Shown piece after piece: positions 1-7,990 of a stretch of DNA of 64,000 bases. The position numbers and the translations under genes were made by a program. Source of the stretch: a virus (taxonomy: Duplodnaviria; Caudoviricetes); IMG/VR virus record IMGVR_UViG_2595698395_000001, positions 8,370-72,369 of that record; one strand, 5' to 3'. Numbering within the stretch: the first letter of the stretch is position 1; every line of letters starts with the position of its first letter. The notes under the pieces were generated by a model. The model was not told the origin of the DNA, did no database searches, and worked only from the letters and a program-made list of their open reading frames with translations.

Positions 1-1725
1 TACTTTATCTTCTATTTGAGATACTTTAGCGATTGTAAAACTCTGAGCAACAAACTCTTGTTTCTCAATATCTGCTATAAGTTGCGCTAATTTCGATTCC
101 TCTTTAGATAGTTCCTCTACTCTTTTTTCAATTTCTGCAATTTGATTTTTCTTTGAAAGTAAATCGTTTACTACTTGCAAATCATTTTGAATAGCTGTTT
201 TTTGAGCTTTCAAATCAGAAATATCTACAGTTTTAGCTTCTTCTAGTGTAGATTCAAGAGTAGCAATAGTCTTAATGTTTGTTTGGTACTCTTTGTGAGT
301 AGAAAGAATTTTTGCTGCATCCGCTTCTGGATTTACAGGATTAACACTTTCTTTTTCACTCTCTTTTTTTAATTCCTCCTTAAGAGATTCTAATTCTTTT
401 TTGGTCTCTGAAATAAGTTTTTCTCCATCTAAAATTCTCTTTGAAGTTTCGGAAACCCTAGATTCTAAAGTTTCTTTTCTTAACTTATTAGCTTGTCCGT
501 TTGTATTTATGCTTAATAATGTATGGTTTTTTTCTTCCTTAAAATCAAGAAGCATCTTTTCTTTTTTAGACTCAGCATCAATTGAGTCTAAAGGCCTTTT
601 ACAGCTAGGGCAGTTAATGTTTTCTTCGTCGAATTTAAGAGACTTAGCGTTTTCTATATCAAAATCTTTTCTTAATTTAGAAAGAGTGTTTTCTATTTCA
701 ATTATAGAGTTTATGTCTTTTTGTTTTTCGTAAATATAATCAGAAACTCCTTTTGCATACTTTTCTAAAGTATTCTCCTTTGCTGAAATTTTTGCATTTA
801 ATAAAGAGATAGGATCCTCTAGTTGCCCTGCTAATGAATTAACCTTTTTCTTAACCTCGAACTCAATGTTCTGATTCTTAGTCTTTAAAGCGAATACTTC
901 GTTAGATACTTCGTTTCTTTTTGCGTTGGCAATCTCTACAGTTTTGTTTTTGTCCTCTATTTTAGAGTCTATTTCTGAAATTTTTGCTTCCAACTCAACT
1001 TTTTTACCTTCTGCTTCTTTAAAATCAATTCCCTCTGGCTTGCTTTTAATCTGCTCGTCAATCCTAGTTGGAATAGATTCTATAGATTTTTTGTGAAGTA
1101 AACGTGTTGCAGCAAGTTCTTTTTTATATTCGTCCAGGTCTTTACCTACTAATTTGGATAGTAAGGCCTCAAATTCTTTGTTTCCTGCAGCAATTTCTAA
1201 ATTAGATACATTACCTGCAATTGAAATTAAAAGTTCTCTCTGCTTCTCCCAGTGAAGTGCGTTAAAAGCTAAAGGATCTGAAATCATCTTGAAAATTAGT
1301 TCATCAAGTATGTTGCTTATTTTTTCTTCATACTCCTTTTTTGACTTCGGAACGTTGTTGTAGAAATACTTTGTAACATTTCCCTCAAAAACAGTTTCTA
1401 ATGCACCCTTCTTTTTGGTCCATTTCTCGGATAAAATTCTGGTAAGTGTAATCTCTTCTCCATCTACATCTAAAATAGCCTTAACGCTGTGATCTAATTT
1501 TGGAATAGCTACATTATTTTCATCTAATGTTTTGATTGTAGATTTAGAGTCCGATTCTCCAATCATATTTTTACCAAAAAATAACCAAGAGAATGCGTCT
1601 CCAATGGTGGATTTTCCAGTACCATTGTCACCAAAAATACTTGTGATGTGGTTGAAGTCGATATTAACTTCTTTTGCTCCTTTAAAGTAACGGAGTTCTA
1701 ATCGCTTTAATTCAATGTGTTTCAT
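1..1725 (-). CDS. SMC/SbcC(Rad50)-like AAA ATPase with coiled coil, runs off the window's left edge
   Basis: Not in the ORF track. Manual translation from ATG at 1725 gives MKHIELKRLELRYFKGAKEVNIDFNHITSIFGDNGTGKST (Walker A), a long coiled coil and a CPSC zinc-hook-like motif near 600. Confidence 0.85.
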   Translation of the reverse strand, partial: MKHIELKRLELRYFKGAKEVNIDFNHITSIFGDNGTGKSTIGDAFSWLFFGKNMIGESDSKSTIKTLDENNVAIPKLDHSVKAILDVDGEEITLTRILSEKWTKKKGALETVFEGNVTKYFYNNVPKSKKEYEEKISNILDELIFKMISDPLAFNALHWEKQRELLISIAGNVSNLEIAAGNKEFEALLSKLVGKDLDEYKKELAATRLLHKKSIESIPTRIDEQIKSKPEGIDFKEAEGKKVELEAKISEIDSKIEDKNKTVEIANAKRNEVSNEVFALKTKNQNIEFEVKKKVNSLAGQLEDPISLLNAKISAKENTLEKYAKGVSDYIYEKQKDINSIIEIENTLSKLRKDFDIENAKSLKFDEENINCPSCKRPLDSIDAESKKEKMLLDFKEEKNHTLLSINTNGQANKLRKETLESRVSETSKRILDGEKLISETKKELESLKEELKKESEKESVNPVNPEADAAKILSTHKEYQTNIKTIATLESTLEEAKTVDISDLKAQKTAIQNDLQVVNDLLSKKNQIAEIEKRVEELSKEESKLAQLIADIEKQEFVAQSFTIAKVSQIEDKV

Positions 1726-1748
1726 TTTTCCCGATGTTTAATTATTTT

Positions 1749-1946
1749 TTAATCTACTATTTTGAATTTCCTGGTTTCGTCAATTAGCTTCTGGACGCTT
1801 TCTAGTGTAAATAAGTTTGTTTTAAGGTCCAATTTATGAACTTCTAATTTAGATTTAAAGTTCTTGTAGAAAGTTGTCCGGCTGCAATTAAGCATTTCAC
1901 AGGCTTTTTTTGTTGTTACTGCTATTGGTTTTTCATCTGATTTCAT
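1749..1946 (-). CDS. Small HTH DNA-binding protein, excisionase/AlpA-like
   Basis: 65 aa, VTTKKACEMLNCSRTTFY HTH signature. Confidence 0.75.
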   Translation of the reverse strand: MKSDEKPIAVTTKKACEMLNCSRTTFYKNFKSKLEVHKLDLKTNLFTLESVQKLIDETRKFKIVD

Positions 1947-1961
1947 AGTTTTGTTATTATT

Positions 1962-1987
1962 TGTAAAGAAGTGTAAAAATATGTAAA
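1962..1987. promoter_or_regulatory. Three TGTAAA direct repeats at 10-bp period upstream of the HTH gene
   Basis: TGTAAA at 1962, 1972 and 1982. Confidence 0.55.
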
Positions 1988-2011
1988 ATTATTGGTATTA
2001 TGAAACTTTAA

Positions 2012-2680
2012 TTAGTTCTTTATTGTGTAAATTATGTTTTGTTCTTTTGCTTGTATTACTGGCATTAAAATTAATTCTGAGGGGCCAATCTTAAATAATA
2101 CAGGGCTAGATGGTTCTAATATTTCTGAAACCTCAATTAAGTCAATGTTTAAAGAATCGCATATAGCTTTAAGTTCTAATATTCTGGAGAAACTCAACCT
2201 AGTTGATTTGATGTCTATATAAGAATTTTCGTCAAAAATTTTGCGTCCTGATTTTGTTCTTTTAGATTTAGGAATATTTCCTTCTCCTTCGCAAACAGGG
2301 CAATCAAAATCTCTACAGTGTCCTTTAAATTCCCATTCAACTTCTCCGCTGCCTTCACATTCTTTGCATTCTCCATCTGTATTTGTCTCTATATATTCAT
2401 CCACAGTAGGTATCATCTTTTCTATGTCTGATAAAACACTGTACTTTATATTAAAAGAACTAATGAATTTTTCTTTAAAAAAAGATGGACACTTACGGAT
2501 AAGAGAATCGTCTTCCTGAACTTTATACCCATCGACCATATACTTGGGAACTCTAAGCATTGCACATGCATTTGTTGAATAAATATAAAGACCTATAGCG
2601 AATGGTTTATGAAATAAAGGTCTATATAAATCTGTTCCAGACACACTTTCAAGCGCTTTTTTGATGTTTTCTGTTTTCAT
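2012..2680 (-). CDS. Phage protein with DnaJ-type CxxCxGxG zinc finger
   Basis: CKECEGSG and CPVCEGEG motifs. Confidence 0.65.
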   Translation of the reverse strand: MKTENIKKALESVSGTDLYRPLFHKPFAIGLYIYSTNACAMLRVPKYMVDGYKVQEDDSLIRKCPSFFKEKFISSFNIKYSVLSDIEKMIPTVDEYIETNTDGECKECEGSGEVEWEFKGHCRDFDCPVCEGEGNIPKSKRTKSGRKIFDENSYIDIKSTRLSFSRILELKAICDSLNIDLIEVSEILEPSSPVLFKIGPSELILMPVIQAKEQNIIYTIKN

Positions 2681-2682
2681 AA

Positions 2683-3072
2683 TTAAATTTGATTTAAAAA
2701 TTTATAAAATGCAGTTAAAAAAGGTTTTACGTTAGTTGAATCACTCCATCCTGCAAAACCTATAAAGCCTTCGCCTTCTTTATCTTGAGTATTAAATGAA
2801 ATAGCCTCTCTTCTTTCAAAGTGAACTTGTTTTCCGTCTATAACACCTTTAACCATAAAGAAGCATTTTTTTAGGGTTCCATCTTCTTTGTACTCAATAT
2901 CCCTTTCTCTTAATCTACACAAAGTCATAGTAAAACCGTCGTTTTCAAAAACAGATAACTCTTCTTTTAAAAGCCTCGTTAATACTCCTATTTCTTTACT
3001 GCCAATATCCGAGTAGGTTAACCCTTTTTTAGATACTTCTTCTCTTAGATCACTTCTTTTCATGTTTTCCAT
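2683..3072 (-). CDS. Hypothetical phage protein
   Basis: 129-aa ORF in the leftward operon. Confidence 0.65.
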   Translation of the reverse strand: MENMKRSDLREEVSKKGLTYSDIGSKEIGVLTRLLKEELSVFENDGFTMTLCRLRERDIEYKEDGTLKKCFFMVKGVIDGKQVHFERREAISFNTQDKEGEGFIGFAGWSDSTNVKPFLTAFYKFLNQI

Positions 3073-3105
3073 AATACGTTTTTTAGATTAAATTATTAAT
3101 GAGTT

Positions 3106-3325
3106 CAAATATATGTAAATATTTGTAAACTTGTGTATTTTATTATGAAAAATAATTGTTGTTCAATGGTTGTTCAAATTTCATTGGACCAATGACGGCA
3201 AGTGCCGCCAGTACTGCATTGACTTCTTTGGCTCCGTGCCCGGAGTTAGAATACGTTTTTTAAAAGAAATACTTGCACAGTATGTTTTTTGGATATATAT
3301 TTACATATCTTTACAAATATGTACA
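3106..3325. promoter_or_regulatory. Divergent control region: minus-strand Bacteroidota -7 box (TATATTTG, 3106-3113), phased TGTAAA/TTTACA repeats and a GC-rich palindromic core
   Basis: TGTAAA at 3114 and 3124; TTTACA at 3300 and 3310, TGTACA at 3320; TCATTGGACCAATGA, CGGCAAGTGCCG and CTCCGTGCCCGGAG between 3181 and 3245. Confidence 0.5.
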
Positions 3326-3346
3326 GAAATTAAAAACAAATAAATT

Positions 3347-3526
3347 ATGGAATTATTTACAGAAGTAGAATTTAATAAAAACGAATTTGATAAGATAGAT
3401 GAAGTCAGATTTAAGTTAGGTGAAGATGGATGGGAGGAAATTAACAAGACTGAACATAGAGTTATCAAATCAAATAAAGATGTAGTTGTTGGAGCAGTTA
3501 AATATAAATGGAGGCGAATAATTTAA
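3347..3526 (+). CDS. Hypothetical 59-aa protein
   Basis: Manual ORF MELFTEVEF...WRRII with an A-rich Bacteroidota-type leader. Confidence 0.55.
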   Translation: MELFTEVEFNKNEFDKIDEVRFKLGEDGWEEINKTEHRVIKSNKDVVVGAVKYKWRRII

Positions 3527-3565
3527 CCTACAAATCAAAAACTAATTTAATTAAATAAATGAATT

Positions 3566-3904
3566 ATGAATAAGCAGAAAGAAAACAAAGAAACAGAAAC
3601 TAAGCATAAACTAAGTAATGTGTTATCTCGTTTGCATGATGTTGGTGCTCATTTCAGGCTTGAAGACTATGAAGATGAATTTGTTTTATCAATAATTGAT
3701 AGAGGCATTTATCCTAGAATTTGGTCGGATAATTTTGCAGATAATCAGGTAGTTATTATTGCTGAAACGGATGATAACTTAATTAACAGAAACACCATTC
3801 ATTCTAAAGATTGGAAGGAAAGGTGGTATGGCGAAACTTTAGATGAAGTACTTTATGAAGCTTATGAATGGTTATCATCTTTAAATATCGAAAAAACAAC
3901 ATAA
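3566..3904 (+). CDS. Hypothetical protein, possible decayed distal cassette
   Basis: ORF track; in-frame GAT-GTT-GGT (LHDVG) at 3641 resembles the cassette junction peptide. Confidence 0.6.
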   Translation: MNKQKENKETETKHKLSNVLSRLHDVGAHFRLEDYEDEFVLSIIDRGIYPRIWSDNFADNQVVIIAETDDNLINRNTIHSKDWKERWYGETLDEVLYEAYEWLSSLNIEKTT

Positions 3905-3917
3905 AAACAAATGAATT

Positions 3918-4259
3918 ATGATAACAGAAAATGATATTAAGATAGTAGAAGCTATTAAAAAGGAAATTGACAAAAAGGCAACGACCAATGAAAATACAAT
4001 AGATTGGGAAGCAGTACAAAAGATTGAAGTACTCGATAGATTAGTAAATAATTTACGTATAGCCAATGTTAGCTACTGTGTCGTTTCTGATGAAGATAAA
4101 GCCAATAATTACTATACTGCAGAATGTGGTAAGTGCGATTGGTGGGGAAGCTCTAAGCTATTAGAGGGCGGTGGATCAATAGCTGATACAGGTGATTATT
4201 TTGACTGCTCTTGCCCTGTGTGTGGAAATGATGATGTAGGTGAAAGGCATTGTAGCTAA
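3918..4259 (+). CDS. Cassette protein: helical N-module plus C-terminal Cys zinc-ribbon
   Basis: Junction peptide LRIANV|SYC at GTT 4068; CGKC...CSCPVC; the stop TAA lies within GTAGCTAAC. Confidence 0.7.
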   Translation: MITENDIKIVEAIKKEIDKKATTNENTIDWEAVQKIEVLDRLVNNLRIANVSYCVVSDEDKANNYYTAECGKCDWWGSSKLLEGGGSIADTGDYFDCSCPVCGNDDVGERHCS

Positions 4260-4319
4260 CGGTTTGTGTATGATTTCGGGCGTGAATTAAGCTAAATATT
4301 AATAGATAAAAACAAAATT

Positions 4320-4487
4320 ATGAGTAAGTATAAACCAGAAATAGACGAAAACAAACCTTTTGATTTTGAAACAAACTTTGTTGTTTGTCAATGTGAGGAA
4401 TCAGACATATCTGATAGACATTTGGGTGATGCAGGGTATGATTGGTGCAAAAATTGCAAAAGGCCATTAGCAGTTATTGATTATTAA
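4320..4487 (+). CDS. Cassette protein, 55 aa, Cys zinc-ribbon
   Basis: Manual ORF MSKYKPEID...CQC...WCKNCKRPLAVIDY. Confidence 0.6.
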   Translation: MSKYKPEIDENKPFDFETNFVVCQCEESDISDRHLGDAGYDWCKNCKRPLAVIDY

Positions 4488-4491
4488 TGAT

Positions 4492-4613
4492 AACGCTTGC
4501 AGGTATGTTTAGTGCCTGATTAAATAGTATAAATTTTTAAAATACAGATAACGATGAAAAAAGAACAGAACTTGAATAATGCAGAAACACAGGCATTAAA
4601 TATACCTGTTGTT
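4492..4613 (+). repeat. attC-like hairpin enclosing the start of ORF 4554
   Basis: AAC-gcttg-CAGGTATGTTTAGTGCCTG ... CAGGCATTAAATATACCTG-tt-GTT. Confidence 0.8.
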
Positions 4614-4859
4614 ATGTCCCGTTTTGATATTGAGCGTAAGGATTTGTATGAATATGACAAACCAAAAGAACGCACAAGAAAACGACTTACTGAAATGTCT
4701 GAATGTGGTATGGAAGAAACAGGTATTGCTTCATTTGGTTATAATGGCATAATGAGTGGTTTGTATATCGAAAAAGTGTGGGGATATTCTGATGAAGATT
4801 TCAAAGATTATATGGATTGGGCGAAAGGTTTAATTGCAGCTTCCTTAAATGGGGCATAA
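4554..4859 (+). CDS. Cassette protein, hypothetical
   Basis: Junction ALNIPVV|MSR; ends GTTATGTCCCGTTT / AAATGGGGCATAAC. Confidence 0.7.
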   Translation: MKKEQNLNNAETQALNIPVVMSRFDIERKDLYEYDKPKERTRKRLTEMSECGMEETGIASFGYNGIMSGLYIEKVWGYSDEDFKDYMDWAKGLIAASLNGA

Positions 4860-4904
4860 CGGTGATAGGTATGGTTAGAAAATTTAACGATTAAATAAAA
4901 CGAA

Positions 4905-5192
4905 ATGAAAACGCCAGAAGAAATATTAAATGAAGTTGCTACTGAAAATATGATAAATATACAGCAAATGGTAACAACTAAACAATTAGCAATAATTGCA
5001 ATGAGAAGATACGCCAAATTATACCACGAAAGTAAGGTTAAAAATTTGGATATACAACGTGTTAGCCAACAACGTGAACTGTTAAAGTTTTTTTCTTCTC
5101 AATTAAGCGAGAACCTTGATATAGATGTAGGAATGAATTATATAACAGAAGAAGATATTGAAGAATGCCTAAAAAACTTTAATTGCGGGTAA
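4905..5192 (+). CDS. Cassette protein, hypothetical
   Basis: Junction LDIQRV|SQQRELL; stop lies within GGGTAAC. Confidence 0.65.
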   Translation: MKTPEEILNEVATENMINIQQMVTTKQLAIIAMRRYAKLYHESKVKNLDIQRVSQQRELLKFFSSQLSENLDIDVGMNYITEEDIEECLKNFNCG

Positions 5193-5242
5193 CAATGCTA
5201 TATAGCTAACTACACAAACTAATTGAATTAAAACAATAAATT

Positions 5243-5467
5243 ATGATTAAAGAAAACAGTAACCAAGAAAGCAAAAGCAATGAACTTTATATATTGTTAC
5301 CTACTGTAGAAAATACGGACAAAGAAGAACTAAACTTAATTAACAGTCTAAAAGAATATATAGATTGGTATGGTTGCAGAGATAGTAAAATGGATAAAAT
5401 ACTGCCAATAGAACAACAAGAAGGAATTGTAGTAACAGCAATGACTTTATTAAAAGAACTAACGTAG
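5243..5467 (+). CDS. Cassette protein, hypothetical
   Basis: Junction LYILL|PT; ends GTTACCTACTGTA / TATTGTTGGTAAC. Confidence 0.6.
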   Translation: MIKENSNQESKSNELYILLPTVENTDKEELNLINSLKEYIDWYGCRDSKMDKILPIEQQEGIVVTAMTLLKELT

Positions 5468-5484
5468 TATTTTATATTGTTGGT

Positions 5485-5607
5485 AACATATTTGGGTATG
5501 GAAAGTACGAGTAAATAAACAGTAATTTTTAGTAAAACACAAAATAAAGTAAATATGAAATTAAATAGAAATAGTAAGATAAGTAAGTATTTTTTATACC
5601 CGTTGTT
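5485..5607 (+). repeat. attC-like hairpin enclosing the start of ORF 5555
   Basis: AAC-atattt-GGGTATGGAAAGTAC ... GTATTTTTTATACCC-gtt-GTT. Confidence 0.8.
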
Positions 5608-5770
5608 ATATGTAGTGCTTACAATACCTTTTGCGCTTTTTGCAATATTGTACTACAGCTCTAAAATAACACGAAGTTTAAGTTATCTATGCGTTTTTAA
5701 AATAGAAAGCGCAAAGCAAGAAATCACAGACTTTTGGAGCATAGAAACAGCTTTGGGAGATGTATTTTAA
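5555..5770 (+). CDS. Cassette protein, small membrane protein
   Basis: Hydrophobic FLYPLLYVVLTIPFALFAILYY; ends GTTATATGTAGTG / CATTACATATAAC. Confidence 0.6.
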   Translation: MKLNRNSKISKYFLYPLLYVVLTIPFALFAILYYSSKITRSLSYLCVFKIESAKQEITDFWSIETALGDVF

Positions 5771-5832
5771 CATTACATATAACGTTAAAATATATGGCTA
5801 GTTGCGGAATTAATAACTTAAAATAACAAGTA

Positions 5833-6177
5833 ATGACAGAATTAGACAAAAAGATTAAGGATTTAAAAGACTTTATTAAACAGAAAACAGACCAAGGAAC
5901 TGCAAACTACTTAGGTAAAGAAATACGAGAAATTTGCGGAATGGTAGAAACTGAGCAATTAAATAAAGAGAAAAACAAACTTACCTCTAAAAATGAAGCA
6001 CTTAACCAGCAATTAATTTTATCTGGTGTTAGCGGTAGTAATTTACTACCTGATGGATGGAAGGTTTATGAATGTACTGACTGCCAAGAGATAAATGTAA
6101 AAAAAGATAATAGACAAATAACCGTTGGATTATGTGATAACTGTGAACATCCATTATGGAATGATGATGTTGATTAG
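5833..6177 (+). CDS. Cassette protein: coiled N-module plus CxxC..CxxC zinc ribbon
   Basis: Junction LILSGV|SGS; CTDC and CDNC; ends GTTAGCGGTAGTA / TATTACCGCTAAC. Confidence 0.7.
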   Translation: MTELDKKIKDLKDFIKQKTDQGTANYLGKEIREICGMVETEQLNKEKNKLTSKNEALNQQLILSGVSGSNLLPDGWKVYECTDCQEINVKKDNRQITVGLCDNCEHPLWNDDVD

Positions 6178-6237
6178 TATTACCGCTAACGGTTAGTTGT
6201 ATGGCTTGTTGCCGAATAATCACAAAACAAAATAAAG

Positions 6238-6549
6238 ATGAACATATACGAATTTAGTTATTCTGGAGGCGAAACCGATTGGGTTTTTGCACCAAACATT
6301 AAAGAGGCAAAAGATTTCTATTTAAAATTTACAGGTTGTGGCGACTTAACATTAACTACGGTTAAAAGAGTGCCTAAAAGTAAATGGAATGAAATGTACT
6401 TATTAGACCCAAATTATAGTGAGCCAGATGAGGACGAAGAAGATTATAATGAAGAAGATTATTCTTGTGGGTTAAAAATTATAGAAACTTTTGCAGAGTA
6501 TGCAGAAAGAAATACTATTACTGATATGATAGCAACAACCGAGTATTAA
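6238..6549 (+). CDS. Cassette protein, acidic hypothetical
   Basis: ORF track; lies between left arms at 6188 and 6554. Confidence 0.7.
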   Translation: MNIYEFSYSGGETDWVFAPNIKEAKDFYLKFTGCGDLTLTTVKRVPKSKWNEMYLLDPNYSEPDEDEEDYNEEDYSCGLKIIETFAEYAERNTITDMIATTEY

Positions 6550-6553
6550 TGGT

Positions 6554-6644
6554 AACGGCTCTGGGCTATGATTTCGTGCCTATATAATGACGGAACATTG
6601 AATTAAGCACCAATCTAACAAGGGTATGAATTATAGCCCTTGTT
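6554..6644 (+). repeat. attC-like hairpin with non-coding loop
   Basis: AAC-ggctct-GGGCTATGATTTCGTGCC ... GGTATGAATTATAGCCC-tt-GTT. Confidence 0.85.
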
Positions 6645-6659
6645 GTAAATAGTAAAATT

Positions 6660-6812
6660 ATGGCAAAGTATAAGATTGAAATTAACCAAACTTGGAGTGA
6701 AGAAGTAATTGTAAATGCAAAGAACGCAACCGAAGCAAAGAAATTAGCTTGGGAAAAGTGGAAAGCTAAAAAAAGTAACTATAATTTATTTGTGGAGAAA
6801 GAACCTGAATAA
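6660..6812 (+). CDS. Cassette protein, 50 aa
   Basis: Manual ORF MAKYKIEINQTWSEEVIVNAKNATEAKKLAW...; flanks GTTGTAAATAGTAAAATTA / TAATTTTATTGTTTACAAC (17/19 complementary). Confidence 0.7.
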   Translation: MAKYKIEINQTWSEEVIVNAKNATEAKKLAWEKWKAKKSNYNLFVEKEPE

Positions 6813-6825
6813 TTTTATTGTTTAC

Positions 6826-7020
6826 AACGAAAATAGATATGAATTGATTTTTAAACGAATAAATAAGATGAAAATAAAAGAAGCAATACAAGTATTAAAA
6901 GACCATAATATATGGCGAAAAGGTGAAAATGAAGAAGTGCAAATGACAGACCCTAAAAAATTAGGAGTTGCCATTGATACAGTAGTAAATAAGTTTGAAA
7001 ATTTGTTTATATCTGATGTT
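6826..7020 (+). repeat. attC-like hairpin with a ~150-nt coding loop
   Basis: AAC-gaaaat-AGATATGAATTGATTTTTAAAC ... GTTTGAAAATTTGTTTATATCT-gat-GTT. Confidence 0.75.
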
Positions 7021-7185
7021 ACCCAATGTGAAGCCACAAAGACAACAAATAAAATCGAAGAAATACAGGTTTCTGTAGATAAAAAACTATTTGTTGAGTT
7101 ATATAACTTTGCTTATAAAAAAGCAGTAAAAACAAATACAGTAGCAGAATTACACGATATTGATAGAAGGCTTCATGGTGGGTAA
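6868..7185 (+). CDS. Cassette protein, two modules (probable start MKIKEAIQ at 6868 rather than 6790)
   Basis: Junction LFISDV|TQCEA; ends GTTACCCAATGTGAAGCC / GGCTTCATGGTGGGTAAC. Confidence 0.7.
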   Translation: MKIKEAIQVLKDHNIWRKGENEEVQMTDPKKLGVAIDTVVNKFENLFISDVTQCEATKTTNKIEEIQVSVDKKLFVELYNFAYKKAVKTNTVAELHDIDRRLHGG

Positions 7186-7230
7186 CGCTAAGTATATGAG
7201 CCGTTTTTTCTATGGCTTATATACATTGTT
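7184..7230 (+). repeat. Minimal 47-bp attC-like hairpin
   Basis: AAC-gctaa-GTATATGAGCCGT-tttttct-ATGGCTTATATAC-att-GTT. Confidence 0.85.
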
Positions 7231-7261
7231 ACCTGTTGTACGGATTAATTAAAAATGGAAT

Positions 7262-7990
7262 ATGAAAAGAAACGAAATATATTTAGGGGATTGTTTAGAA
7301 TTAATGCCTAAACACGTAGAAGATAAAAGTATTGATATGATTTTTTGCGATTTGCCTTATGGAACTACACAATGCAAATGGGATAGTATTATTGATTTAG
7401 ATAAGTTGTGGAACGAATACAGAAGAGTAATAAAAGATAATGGTGTAATAGTTCTTTTTGCTTCTCAGCCATTTACAAGTATATTGACAAGTAGTAATTT
7501 AAAGATGTTTAAATACTCTTACACTTGGGATAAGATAACCAAAACAAACCACTTAAATGCTAAAAAGCAACCATTAAGACAAGTTGAAGATATTTGTGTA
7601 TTCTACAAAAAACAACCGACTTACAAGCCACAAGGATTGATTGAATGTGAAGTTTCTAATTTTAGACCAAATCATTTTAAATATAAAAAAGGTGAAAAGG
7701 TTTATGGAGAGCAAAAAGAACATGGTAACAAAAGCACTTATACAAACTATCCAAGTAACCTAATACAATACAGTAACGGGAATCATAATAGTTTGCACCC
7801 TACACAAAAGCCTTTAGATTTAATTGAGTATATGATAAAGACGTACACCAACGAAGGAGATTTAATACTTGATAATACTTGCGGAAGTGGAACAACGGGA
7901 TTAGGAGCAAAAAATCTTGGACGAAACTTTATTATGATGGAGCAAGACCCTAAATACTATGATGTAGCTTGCAAAAGAGTACTAACGTAG
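7262..7990 (+). CDS. Site-specific DNA methyltransferase (N6-A/N4-C, beta class) carried as a cassette
   Basis: DLPYG catalytic motif, HPTQKP, DNTCGSGTTG SAM-binding motif; flanks GTTACCTGTTGTAC / GTATTGCAGGTAAC. Confidence 0.9.
   Translation: MKRNEIYLGDCLELMPKHVEDKSIDMIFCDLPYGTTQCKWDSIIDLDKLWNEYRRVIKDNGVIVLFASQPFTSILTSSNLKMFKYSYTWDKITKTNHLNAKKQPLRQVEDICVFYKKQPTYKPQGLIECEVSNFRPNHFKYKKGEKVYGEQKEHGNKSTYTNYPSNLIQYSNGNHNSLHPTQKPLDLIEYMIKTYTNEGDLILDNTCGSGTTGLGAKNLGRNFIMMEQDPKYYDVACKRVLT

Noticed and set aside
401-733. Plus-strand 110-aa ORF and other antisense ORFs over long genes (e.g. 2241-2519, 16138-16632, 34247-34807, 37136-37645, 48976-49476)
   Set aside because: They are shadow frames of real genes on the opposite strand, with Ser/Phe/Leu-biased composition.
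6790-6867. TTG-initiated N-terminal extension of ORF 6790-7185
   Set aside because: It overlaps the 6660-6812 gene and the hairpin left arm; the ATG at 6868 has a typical A-rich leader.
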